From Callorhinchus milii (Eukaryota): DNA of 35,731 bases. Every line of letters starts with the position of its first letter. The stretch's first letter is position 1. The notes under the pieces are model-generated. The model worked only from the letters and a program-made list of their open reading frames with translations. It searched no databases and was not told the DNA's origin. Where the stretch lies: assembly GCF_018977255.1 (NCBI RefSeq), contig NW_024705540.1:1-35731 (forward strand). Direction: 5' to 3'. A program made the position numbers and the translations under genes. Shown in pieces: positions 21,936 to 33,432 of this stretch.

Positions 21936-22840
21936 CTATTTCAAACATTTAGTAATTATTGTGAAAGGATATTTAATTGCATTTTTCAGCTCTTCCCTGA
22001 ATTTGGTCTGGGTAACCGCATAGATGGCTGTATTTGTGCAGGAACTCAGCAGCTGAAGCATAAAACCCGTTTCTTCAAATAGTCTCAAAGGGTTAATAAA
22101 ACCTCTGGATTTGTACAACTGTTTAACGCTGTATTGTATGTAATGAGCAACAGATGTCACCCACAACAATATGAAACTGAGTGATATAGTGAACAGTAAA
22201 ATTATGGATTTCTTTCTGTTTTCCATTTGCGGATCATTGCGATGATCAGCGCTGCTGTTGCAGACACGCAGTCTGGTTCGGACTCGACTGGCCACAAGAA
22301 TATGTCTGACAGTCAGAGCGTTGAGCAGCAAAATCAATACGAATGGGAGCAAAGGGACCAAAATCTGTTCAAACCAATAAAATGCGGTCCACCAGGGTCG
22401 ATAGCGAAAGTTTCCGTTGGCAAAGCAGCCCCACGGCATGTTTGACATTACATAGTGAGGTTGGAACGTAAAATACAAGGGAATATTTTCCACGCAGAGC
22501 AACACAATTAAAGTTCCTATAACCACAGACGCTGTTCCCTCAGTGCAGTATTTTTGTTTCAGTTTCTGACAACAAACGGCCACAAAGCGATCAAAGGTGA
22601 AAGCCACGGTTAGCCACACAGCAGAGTCCACGGCGGCTGCAGAAATGACATGAATGAAGCTGCAGACAGGAGTGTAGAGCAAATATGAGGTAAGAAAATA
22701 AATCTCACCAATCCGTTTCAGGATTACTTCAGAGACAATGACTGACAGATCCGCGGCTGCCATGGCCATTAGATAGCGGGTGATACATTTGGACAGTCCG
22801 CACTTTCCTCGGAACAGGATCCCAATCGCCAGTAAATTAA
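21936..22840 (-). CDS. GPR139-like gene 3, coding exon 2 (full CDS join 23691..23619 + 22840..21936, 325 aa)
   Basis: Acceptor ttacAG|TTAAT at 22842-22841. Motifs SAVWLTVAFTFDRFVAVC, SFILLW, SSCTNTAIY, TKFRE. 73+905=978 nt, in frame. Confidence 0.94.
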
Positions 22841-22927
22841 CTGTAAGAAATAAAACAGGTAATTTAAATAGAAACTGACCTGTCAAAAAAATACTGAGGC
22901 TTCTGCTAGTAAACACGTCAGCGCTAA

Positions 22928-23224
22928 AATAATAATAATAATAATAATCCTTGAATTTGATATAGCGCTTTTCACGTCAGGAGGACGTGAATTGGCGGTA
23001 TATTTGTGGGCGAACGCGGCAGCCAATTGCGCACAGCAATGTCCCACAAATAGTCGTAGATTGAAAATGACAAATTTATTATTGTTTTTGGTTTTTGCAG
23101 GGATTATAATTAGGCTCTGTGTGGAGTAAGGAAACTTGCCCATGGTTTCGCCCTGCCTGGAATTGAACTCGGGTCTCTCACTTGCAAAGCGAGTGAGCTA
23201 ACCAATGAGCTACAGGACTCCACA
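22928..23224 (-). mobile_element. SINE inserted in the gene 3 intron
   Basis: Head gagctacaggactccaca (reverse complement) at 23207-23224, (aat)n tail at 22928-22948. Absent at the homologous point of the gene 2 and gene 4 introns. Confidence 0.9.
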
Positions 23225-23618
23225 AGAATAAAATAATAAAGCGAAACTAAGCAGTGTTAGTGTGTTATAATTGGGAGACGATTATATCAGAATGAAGCCG
23301 TTAAAAAAGCGTACATCAGACTTTTTCAGAGCCAAGTTTGTATTCCGCATATTACTGTGCATAAAAGGAGAGACCTTCAAGGAATGCGATAGATAAATCA
23401 AGCGCGAAGAGCCAAGGAGTGGCATCTGAGCAGCAATACATATATATATATGTAGGGAGAACAACTTGGCTGACTATGGGCAGAGCTCCAGAGTGTTGGG
23501 CAAGTGGAGAAAGAAAACTTGCTGTGATACGAACAAAATTCTGTCGGTTGCTCGGAGCGTGCTCTAATCCCTGATCTATAGCTATCTACTACTGATTTCA
23601 AGCAATGATTCAAATCAC

Positions 23619-23691
23619 CGGGAATTCCAACTGCTGCAAGCACAGGATAATAAATGGCTTGTATATTCAAAAGTTCAGATCTTCGTGGCAT
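23619..23691 (-). CDS. GPR139-like gene 3, coding exon 1 (MPRRSELLNIQAIYYPVLAAVGIP + 1 nt)
   Basis: ATG at 23691, donor CCCG|GTGATT at 23618, nearly identical to gene 4 exon 1. Confidence 0.9.
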
Positions 23692-24129
23692 CTTTCACAG
23701 CAGCGATATATTTTGCAAAGTTAGAGCATCCGCTTCTGTAATATTGAGTTAATGCTGTCACATATTTGTAGCATTTAGGAAACTCCATAGAGATTGTGAG
23801 ATGATGTTATCATCACATTAGTAATAGATGGTGGAACAAACAAGTTCAGTCACGTCAGCAATGTTTCAGGTATCATAGTCCGACATATGTATCATTGTGT
23901 AACTCAAAATACATTATACAGCAAAACCTATTTAATAAGGAAAGTTAGATTCAATAAACTACATTAGCAAATGCGTTTATTTGTGCTCTCCGCATTCCAT
24001 TATTTTTGTGCATGTGATTGATATTGCAGTGTATGTGAGGTTTCGCCTCTCTCCTAGTTGATACATTAGGTCAATACTTATAGACCTGCAAATGGTCAAA
24101 TGATACAATCAAATTAGAGTTACTTTTGT

Positions 24130-24500
24130 GTCACGCCTTTCACATCGGATTGCTCACCAAGTCGCTGGAAAATCAATGATTTGGACCAGAGCTGGGGTTC
24201 GGGATCGAGAAGGGCGAAGGGAAGGGTCTGTAAGAAAGTGGATGAACTCCCGTTCTAAGAGGAGGGTTTTGAGATGCCCCTTGAAAAAGGCAAGAAGGGA
24301 GCGAGGCGAGAATAATGTAGGATGGAATTCCTCAGGGTGGGGTCGGAGGCTGAAAGACCGTCGGACAAATTTGGGGCGGGTCGGGCGAGGGGACGTGGAT
24401 CACGCCAGAGTTTACTGAGCAGAGGGAGCGAACAGGTTGCTTTGGGTTTAGGAGGTCAGAGATAAGGATAGGGAAGGTCGTGGCGTTACTTAAGATCTAT
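24130..24500 (-). mobile_element. Degenerate L2 3' fragment upstream of gene 3 (paralog at about 32100-32430, + strand)
   Basis: gagggttttgagatgccccttgaaaaagg...ggaattcctcagggtggggtcggaggctgaaagacc is the reverse complement of the L2 LWNS.P...FK..LKT region. Confidence 0.6.
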
Positions 24501-25384
24501 GCCCAATTCATTAACGTTTGTGTTTCCAATCTCCTGAGTTTAATGGAGAGACATTCTGCAGCCCATTTCTAATGTCTAGGATCAGTGAGGTGTATCTGTG
24601 TTAAATACAGGAGTCTGCCATAGGGAGAGCGGGGCTTTGACCAATACTGACCCGCTGATGGTGGGTCAGTGAATTTGGTATCTGGCACATATATTTGCCA
24701 AGCCTCCACACAAGAATCGGCAGGTTATGCACTGTGTTTCTGTCGTTATTCGTAAATTTCGTGGATATTAACAACAATAACTTCCATTTACCCAGCAACA
24801 ATCACACATAGCAGTGATAGTGGCGGAGCTCAACTCCGATCTTGTGGGGAGTGGAAAGTGATATTAGGCATTGTTGAACAATAAGATCTTCAGTCGAAGA
24901 GGAATTCAGAGGAATTTGGCAAACAGCTGGCAGAACGTCACAGCTGAAATATCAATCCTCTATCACACCATAGATAGACCGGGTAGCACAGTTATATTAA
25001 AAACCCTTGAGTCATTCGGATCCGACTGAGCGTATCCTCCATTGTGATATTGTAGTATTTAAATTAGCCTCGAATTACCGTCTGAGTCTTGATAGCTGTT
25101 AATCTCATTATACACGATCGCTATAAATCAAGTGAATATGATGTACTCACTTCATTAGATGAGAGCAAATATCGTCATGATTATTATGTGATCATGTTGT
25201 GCTTAGCACGAGTGTGAGTTGTATGTTATAGAAGAATCATTCAAAACTTAGTGTGTATTCCGTACAACCTGTGGGATTTTTACTCCACCAATAGCGGTTT
25301 TATTTCTTTTTACCTTATAAATAAGCAAACCGCGCCGAAAGTCCGTGTATCTCAGCGTTTTCCGACTGCATCAGAAATGAACAA

Positions 25385-26080
25385 TCTGCAAACTTGGAAA
25401 TTGTACTCCCTCTACCCAAGTCCAGATCATTTATATAGATCAAATGTAGCAGTGGTCCAAATAACAACATCTTGGGGACACCACTTCACAGTTCCCTCCA
25501 GTCAGTGATTCAACCGTTCACCATCACTCTCTGTTTCCTGTCTCCCAGTCAGGTCTGTATCCATGTTGCCTCTGTGCGTTTAACACCGTGGGCTTCTATT
25601 TCTGCTAATAAGCTGTTTTGTGGCATTTTATCAAACGCCTTTGAAGAATCCATGTGAACTACATCAACTGCCCAAGCTTCCGCGATAATTCGTAAAAACA
25701 TTCTACCAGTTTTGTAAGACGCGATTTCCCTTCAACAATATAGTGTTAGATGTCCTTTATTATCGCATATTTTCTAAACGAAAGTTTATTTCGTGTCAAA
25801 TTAAAGTCAACAGAAATTTCGCCATTACCAACGTTATGCTGAATGGTGACTAGTTTCCGCATTTAACTGTCTGCCCCTTTCTGTACAGGTGAGTAACATT
25901 TACTGGCCTCCAGCAATATTTCATCACACGGTGACCAAAGAGGATTGAAAGATTATGGCCAGAGACTCTGCTATTTCCACCCTTAATTCCTTCAGTATCG
26001 TAGGTTGCACCACTTTTAGATCCCGTAATTTATCTACTTTGAGCAACGTCAAACGTTTTGATACCTACTCTCTATTCATT
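25385..26080 (-). mobile_element. CR1 LINE RT fragment
   Basis: The reverse complement reads NYSHHSA.TLVM, MDSSKAFDKMPQ, GTVKWCPQDVVIWT..DL and SKFAD; similar to 31350-31720. Confidence 0.78.
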
Positions 26081-26622
26081 CTTATGTTATGCCGTTGACG
26101 AGACTGCAGGCCGTATACAAGGTTTCTTCTGACCATATCACTATGGACGGAGATAGGAGTAGGGTATCAGCAGAGTATGATCTATCCACTAACATGTTTA
26201 TTCCATGATGCTGTGGGCTTTGTTCGCGAGAAAGCCGATTTTTGCAAGGCAATGTGGAGGTGACAGCCAGCGTAGAGTTTGTAGTAGAGGGAAGAGTAGA
26301 AATAACTGGAAGGATGGGAATGTGGATGAGCGACGAGAAGTTTTCTCTTTGGGCCTGTGTCCTGTTACTCTTGCGGTGGAAAGGGGGATAAGGCAGTCTT
26401 TTGGACAATTGCTTGAGTGAACCAACATGAGCCATTATGACTTATAAGGGAAGACTGTTTGCACCACGCAGAAGCTACAACGGTGTTTCAAGCAACACCT
26501 TCCAGCTAATCGCAACATGTGTGTCTGAGAGAACAGCAGCATCCATGTCACATAGAACACGACAGACTAATTTACAACGTACAATATTCATAAGAAAAAT
26601 ATATCCCTGAATTAGTGCCTAA

Positions 26623-26708
26623 AGACCACGGCAGGAATCGAAACTGCAATCTTCTATTACGTTCAAGTTCAACGAAGTCAGATGCCTTATCCGTTAGGCC
26701 ACGTGGTC
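26623..26708 (-). tRNA. tRNA-Arg(TCG)-like gene/pseudogene with about 13-nt insert 3' of the anticodon
   Basis: GACCACG TG GCCT AACGGATA AGGC A TCTGA CT TCG TTGAACTTGAACGTAAT AGA AGATT GCAGT TTCGATT CCTGC CGTGGTC T. Acceptor stem 7/7, D stem 4/4. G53->T and the damaged 3' anticodon stem suggest a pseudogene. Confidence 0.8.
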
Positions 26709-27454
26709 CACGTTATGGACAGACATGTCATTACTAACTGAAATACTACTTCCAGTTATTGTGTTTAATTTTAATTTGTCATCTCATTTTCTACAACGGT
26801 CACGAAATACGGAAATCTAGGAAATATGAGCACTTTGATTTCGCAATTGCAACATCTTCGCATCCACTGCTCTTTCGCGTATAACAATTTTATTTACTTC
26901 GATCCAGGCACCTACACCTCTGCTAAATCTGGGAAGTCAAAGATGCTATATTCACAGAAAATTGATCATCGGAGAGAATCATTTTATTTTCCTCCAGTTT
27001 TCGTCAGTTTTTCCCCAGTAATGATCGCAGTAGAAATAGAAGTGGCTGTGAGCAGCGTGAATGGAACAGGGTTTAATCACTGCATATCCAATGTCAACGT
27101 TTGATTTTGTAAATTGGAAGAATCCTCAACAATTTAATTTTTAACCGATCACATGGAATTGAGTTTTTATTTCCCGCTCTATAACCCAGTTATTGTGTGA
27201 ATAATCGGGCGCCCTCGAGGCGGAACGATAGCGGGACTGACACGAGATCAGTGGCTGATGTTCAAATCTGTTCGAAGTCAATTTCTTGATTCACGTTGAC
27301 ATGAAATCAATCATGAGCAGTGTCTCATATACGCATTAAGATGTTTTACCAACGGAGAGCAAGATCCTTCCTCAGCTATGTTTTCTCAGTTTAGAACAAA
27401 AAGGGTGAAATTATTTTGAAAACAATTACTTTTATATTTCTGTCTTTCTTTGAA

Positions 27455-28119
27455 CTCTAAAGCACCACACGCTGCTGAAATACTGGTGCACGCCTTGATC
27501 ACCTCAAGGCTGGACTACGGGAACGAGCCTTGTCGGCCTTTCCCGGCACCTCGCTCTTCAAGCTGTAGGTCATTCAGAAATCTGCAGGTCGTGTGCTGTC
27601 CCGCACCAGGCTTCGGGAACACATCACTCCCACCCACGCCAGCCTCCAATGGCTCACTATCCCCCAGAGGATCGAATTCAAGATCCTCATCCTCACCTAC
27701 AAGGCCATTCACGGCCTTGTTCCCTCGTAAATCTCCGACCTACTATTCCCCCTACTTACCTGCCCGTACCCTCCGTTCCTCTGGCTTCCGTCTGCTCCAC
27801 ATCTCCCGCCCCAACCGCCCTGCCATCGGTAGCCGGGCCTTCAGCCACTCAGCCCCTAGGCTCTGGAACTCCATCCCCCTGTAGCTTCGCCTTGCCTCCT
27901 CCCTTTCCTCCTTCAAGGCCGATCTCAAGACCTTTCTCTTTGACCGTGCCTTCAGCTCCCCTCTCGACTCTCTACCCCCTCCTCGCTCCCTCCCTTCTCT
28001 CCCCTCATCCTGACCATTTCCCCCTTGCTCGGGTCCTGACCCCACTGTACAGCGCCTTGGGACGTCCTCCCGACGTGAAAGGCGCTCAATAAATGGAATC
28101 TTGTTGTTGTTGTTGTTGT
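27455..28119 (+). mobile_element. 5'-truncated L2 LINE with intact 3' end
   Basis: AAEILVHALITSRLDYGN, RIEFKILILTYKAIHGL, PARTLRSSG..GSRAFSHSAPRLWNSIP. Tail ttgggacgtcctcccgacgtgaaaggcgctcaataaatggaatc(ttg)n. Confidence 0.93.
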
Positions 28120-28174
28120 AGGAGGGGGCAAGGCCATGGGTCGCCTTAAAGGTGAGGACGAGGATCTTGAACAA
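28120..28174 (-). mobile_element. Short inverted L2 piece abutting the L2 tail
   Basis: Translates FKILVLTFKATHGLAPSY on the minus strand. Confidence 0.75.
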
Positions 28175-28374
28175 ATCAGCTGCGTCAAGTCACCATTAAT
28201 TTTCTGACGCTCAGCTTTTGGTTCAATTGGACACAGCATTTGTAACGGTTTTGCGTTGACACTTTGAATCAAAGATAACTTTAATTTCCAATGAAGGAAC
28301 AGCTGAGGCAGCTTTAAGTCCATAACGTTGGAATCAAGGGGGATGATCTTGTTTGTGTTAGATTTCAATAAAGC

Positions 28375-28625
28375 ATCTTATATTTTTGATATTACTGTAG
28401 AATTTATAAATAATAAATTAAATAAACAATGTTTTTAAAGATCAGTTATTCTAAAGAAACACGATAAACTCGCCCTCAAGAAAGAAATTAAGAACTTGTA
28501 ATGCTGATGAATTTAGCGTTGCCAATTTAACTGAATTTCTATCTTATATTTTGGATATTACTGTAGAATTAATAAATAATATATTGAATAATCAAATTTA
28601 ATTGATATAATTTATTCCAAAATAA
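28375..28625. repeat. AT-rich direct repeat, two copies of about 80 bp, 166 bp apart
   Basis: atcttatattttt/ggatattactgtagaatt.ataaataat at 28375 and 28541. Confidence 0.85.
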
Positions 28626-28649
28626 ATGTGGGTACCATGGCTGAAATGG

Positions 28650-28835
28650 TAACAACAAGAAGAAAAACCACAAAATTACATTCCCGAAGGGAGGATGTTC
28701 CAAGTCGCTGGAGAGTCAGGAGTCAGGACTCGATCATGGGGTAGGGTTGGTATATGGGTGAGGGAAGGAAGAGAGGTGGGAGGGCAACCGAAGGCACGAT
28801 CGAAGAAAAGGGTCTTGAGACCGGCCTTGAAGGTA
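28650..28835 (-). mobile_element. L2 3' end fragment
   Basis: gaaggcacgatcgaagaaaagggtcttgagaccggccttgaagg matches 5871-5914. Confidence 0.7.
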
Positions 28836-28984
28836 CATCACAATCTTCAATGAGAGTTAGACACAAATTTTTGTTTGTTTATATACTCAGTGTTACTTCT
28901 GGTTCTTTATGAAAAGAATAACTCCAGTTTTAGTAGCGCCGATAACAAATGTCAATTCATGTTTCAATGGTTTAATGGTTGCTC

Positions 28985-29812
28985 AAAATTCCCTGGATTA
29001 TGGGATGGTTCCCATTTACTTGAAGGTCGAAAACGTAACGCCGATTTTTAGGAAGGGAGGAGACAAAAATGGAGAACATTTGTCTGATATCAGTGGTAGG
29101 GAAAATTCTAGAGTCCTTAATTAGTGGCAAGATCGTGGGGCACTTAGAAAATCTAAACATGATGAGGCAGTCAGTATGGCTTTACGAAAGGGAAATCGTG
29201 TTTAACAATTTTTTTACAGACGTTCGAGGATGCATCAAGCAAGTTAGATAGGAGCGATCCAGTCGGTGTGGTTGATTTGGATTTACAGAAGCCATTCGAC
29301 AAGCTGCCGCATGAAAGATTGCTGCATAAGATTAGTGCCCATGGAATTAAAGGTACATACTAATATGGATTGGAGAGTGGCTCACAGGAAGAAAACAGAG
29401 TGAGGTATAAATCGGTCCTTCACAGATTGGTATGATGTGACTAGCGGATTGCCACAAGGATCAGTGCTTGAGCCTCCATTATTTACAGTCTGTATTGCCG
29501 ATTTAGATGAGGGAATACAACATATCATATCTAAATTCGCGGACGATACGAAGATAAGCGGGAGAACAAGCTATGAGGATGACACACGAAGAATGCAAAA
29601 GGAAATAGACAGGCTAGGTGAGTGGGCAAGAAGATGGCAGACGGAGTATAGGGGGAGATATTTGGAAGTGTTAGTGTTCAGAGGGATTTTCGTGTCCTTG
29701 TACGACAATCACAGAAAGTTAGTATGCAGGTACAGCAAGCAATTAGAAAGGCTGATAGCATGTCAGCTTTTATAACAAAGTGGCTGTAGTACAAGAGTAG
29801 GGAATTCTTGCT
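28985..29812 (+). mobile_element. CR1 LINE RT fragment
   Basis: NVTPIFRKG, SVVGKILESLI, VTSGLPQGSVLEPPLF, ISKFADDTKI. Confidence 0.92.
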
Positions 29813-30556
29813 ACAATGGGGGGTGAACGTACAGAGAGATTTGGACGTTCAAGTAAGCGTTTCATTGACGGTGGCAAAGCAGGTAGATAGGGCAGTAAAA
29901 AGGACATTTGGTGTACTGAGCTTCATTAGTAGGGGCATGGAGTATAAGAGAAGGGAGGTTATGCTAAATATGTACAAAACACTGGTTAGGCCTCAGCTGG
30001 AGTACTGCGTCCAGTTCTGGGCACCTTAACTCAGAAAGGATAATAAGGCACTGGAAAGGGTGCAGAGGAGATTCACGAGAATGATACCAGGAATGGGGAA
30101 GCTTAGCTATGAGGACAGGCAGGAGAAGTTAGGACTTTTCCCATTAGAGCAGAGAAGGTTACGCGGTGACCTGATAGAGGTCCTCAAGATCATGAAAGGT
30201 TTCGACAGCCTCGATAGGGAAAAGCTGCTTTCGCTGGTAGGTATGTCTGTGACTCGTGGTCACAGTCTTAAGGTATCTATCAAAAGAAGCAGAGGGGAGA
30301 TTAGAAGACTTTTTTTCACTCAACGAATTGTTGGAATTTGGAATGATGCTCCCGAAAGGGCAGTGAAGTCCGATTCGATAACAGCTTTTAAGAGAGAACT
30401 GGATAGATATCTGGAGAAGACAGGATTGCAGGGTTATGGGGAGAAAGCTAGTGAGCGGGAATAATAAAATTCAGTTGTTCTGTCAAATAGCCGACACAGA
30501 ATCGATGAGCCGAATGTCCTCCTTCTGTGCCGTAACATTCTATGATGTTATGATTG
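29813..30556 (+). mobile_element. Second CR1 LINE 3' fragment with terminal repeat
   Basis: VQRDLDVQV, YKTLVRPQLEYCVQFWAP, RRLRGDLIEVLKIMKG, FFTQRIVGIWN, tail ttctatgatgttatgattgtat. Its start re-covers a region already present at 29665-29810, so these are two pieces. Confidence 0.92.
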
Positions 30557-30564
30557 TATAATAA

Positions 30565-31730
30565 TGCTGAAAACCCGTTTACCTCAAATACCCGTCCACG
30601 ACTTTTTTAAAAGTATTTATCGAATCGGCTTCGACCTCCCTTCCAGGCAATGTCTTCCAGTTTCCAACAACTCTCTGCGTGAAAAAAATTCTTCTCACCT
30701 CCCGTCTGCTTCTTTTAGAGTATATTTTAAATCTGTGATCTCGAGTCACCGACACACCCACCACTGGAAAAAGTTTTTCCCTTTCTAACTTGTCAAATCT
30801 CCTCATAATTTTGAAGACCTCTATTAGGTCTCCTCGTAACCTTCCCTTCTCCAATGACAATAATCCCTGACTCTCTAGTCTCTCCTCATAATCAAGGTCC
30901 CTCATTCCTGGCACCATCCTTTTAAATCTTCTATGCACCCTTTCCAATGCCTTAGCATCCTTCATATTGTGTGGTGCCCACAACTGGGCGCCGTATTCTA
31001 ACTGAGGCCTAATCAGTCTTTTTTATACGTTAATCATAACCTCCTTACTCTTCCACTCTCTATTATAATGAAACCTATTATACCATATGACCTTTTTAGA
31101 GCTTTATCTACTTCTCCTGACACCTTCAAAGATAAATTTTCCTGCACCCATCGGTCTCTCTGTTCTTTTACCTCCGTTAAGTTTCTATTACCCAGTCTAT
31201 ATTTCCTCCCCTCATTCTTTCTGCCAAAATGCATTACCTCGCATTTCACCACGGAAACTCTTCTGCCATGTGTTTGCCCGTTGTACCATTCTGTTTATGT
31301 CTTCCTGCAGTTGGCTCCTATCCTTCTTACTGTTTACTATCCTACCTAACTTTGTGTCGTCCGCAAACTTGGAAATGTTGGTTGCTATTCCCAAGTCCAG
31401 ATCATTTATATATACTAAGAAGAACAGTGGTCCTAACAACTATCCCAGTGGGACGCCACGATACACTTCCCTCCAGTCAGAAAAGCAGCCGTTCAACACA
31501 CCTCTGTGCTTTCTGTCTCCCAGCGAGTTCGGGATCCATGCAGCCACTGTCTCTTTTATACCATGGGCTTCTATCTTTCTTAAAAATCTTTCATGTGCAA
31601 TTTGTCAAATGTATTTTGAAAGTCCATATAAACTACATAAATTGCACTACGTTTATCCACCCTCTCCGTTACCTCATCGAAAAATTATATTAGATTTGTT
31701 AGACAAGATTTGCCTAAAACAAATCCTTTT
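30565..31730 (-). mobile_element. CR1 LINE fragment (paralogous position to 11815-12965)
   Basis: LGPLFFLVYINDLD, SKFADDTKLG, KCEVMHFG, RLRGDLIEVFKIM, FFTQRVVGNW. Confidence 0.93.
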
Positions 31731-32866
31731 TGGCTGTGCCTACTTTGACCCCTTTCCTTCCCCACCGCGTCGGCGTTGAGCTCCGCCAGGATCAATCATT
31801 GCTATGTGTGAATGATGCTGTGCCAATGCAAATTGCTGTTCTTGTTGACACGTTTAACTTGGGGCCTCTTGAGAGGTTTTTTTTGGCGAAAACCTGTATC
31901 AGACTCCAACCTGATAGCGCCTAGATCAACAGGTCAGTACTGCCCAAAGCGCCACACCCCATCTGGCAGGTCAGGTTCCCCTATTTATCACAGATACACC
32001 TCACTAGACTTTAGAAATGTGCTATGTAAAGCTCTCTCCATTAAGCACAGGAGCATGGAAACACAAAGCAGAATGGTTTGGACGTACGTCCTACGAAACT
32101 TACGAACTTTCTCAAACTTATCTCTGCTTCCTGCCAAACCCATAACAACATGTGTCTCCCTCTGTATAGCAAACTCTGGCATTTACCACGAACTTCCGCC
32201 CAATCCGCCCCAAAATACCACCTTTTTGCCCCTACCCTAAGGAACTCTGTCCCACATTACCTTCTTGCCTCCTTGAAGTTGAGACTCAATACTCTCCAGT
32301 GATAACAAGCCTTCGTCCACCCTCTTACAGGCCCTGTCCTCCACCCTCCCGAAACCCGAACCACAGTTCAGGTCCAAATCCCTGATTTTCCAGCGCCTTG
32401 GGATGCACTCCGATTGAAAGGCGTGAAACAAATGTAATTCTTCATTGTATTGTACCATTTCACCATTTCCTGCTCTCTAAATGTTGACCTAATGTATCAA
32501 CCAGGAGAGCAGCTAAACCTCAGATAAATTGCAACATCACTTACATGCACAAATATAATAAAATGTGGAGTGCACAAATAAAAGCATTTGCTAATCTAAT
32601 TTATTGAATCTATCTTTCCTTATTGAACAGATTTTGCTGCACAATGTATTTTGAGTTACACAATGGTATTAATGCAGGAAATGATATCTGAAACATATTG
32701 CTGACGTGTCTGAAGTTGTTTGTTCCATCATCCGATACAAATGCGATGATCACATCATCCCTCGATCTCTATGGAGTTTCCCAAAGGCTACAAATATGTG
32801 ACAGCATTACCTCAATGCGACAGAAATTGCTGGTCTATTTTTCAAAAGATGTCGCTTCTGTGAAAG

Positions 32867-32939
32867 ATGCCACCAAGATCTAAACTTCTGAACATACAAG
32901 AAATTTATTATCCTGTTCTTGCAGCAGTTGGAATTCCTG
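32867..32939 (+). CDS. GPR139-like gene 4, coding exon 1 (MPPRSKLLNIQEIYYPVLAAVGIP + 1 nt)
   Basis: aagATGc at 32867, donor CCTG|GTGAGT at 32940. Too short to appear in the ORF track; read directly from the sequence. Confidence 0.92.
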
Positions 32940-33432
32940 GTGAGTTAAATCACTGCTAGTAATTGCTAATGGATTCCTGTGTCTCAAGACTCAGACCACT
33001 CTCCGAGCAAGCAACAGGACTGTGTTCGTGTCCCAGGAAGGGTAAACGTTCGGCAAGTTTCCTTACTCCACTTGCCCAACTCTCTCAAGTTCTCCCCATA
33101 GTCCAGCAAACTTGTCCTCCCCACATATGTATGTAATGCTACTCAAAAGCCCCTCCTCGCCATTGGCTCTTATCCACTGATTTACCTATCGCACTCCTTG
33201 AAGGTCTCTCCTTTTCTGCACAGCAATATACTAAATTTAACTTGTCACTGAACAAGCCTGGTGTACCGACTTTTAATAGCTTAATTCTGTTATAAACAAC
33301 TCACTATTAGAACACGCTAGCACCGCTTAGTTTCACTTCATGACTGTTTCACTGATGCTTTTACTGACAGACTCGTCAGCATATCACTCCACAGGTCAGG
33401 GTCTAATCAAATGATCTTTTTTTTTCTTGCAG

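Larger units (their letters stand above)
18715..23340. repeat. Segmental duplication copy B (gene 3 and 3' flank)
   Basis: Colinear with 6545-10800. Contains an extra intronic SINE and an extra insert of about 55 bp near 21375-21426. Confidence 0.93.

Noticed and set aside
27210..27280. Faint tRNA-Tyr-like pattern (ccctcga...ggactg...gttcaaatctgttcgaag)
   Set aside because: Stems cannot be built and the similarity is too weak to support by eye.
28631..28652. GGTACCATGGCTGAAATGGTAA as a tRNA 5' half or A box
   Set aside because: Only about 22 nt, cut off by an L2 tail, with no 3' half found.
31087..31779. 230-aa plus-strand ORF and the other ORFs overlapping LINEs
   Set aside because: It is the antisense frame of a CR1 RT fragment. 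No LINE here has an intact ORF2.
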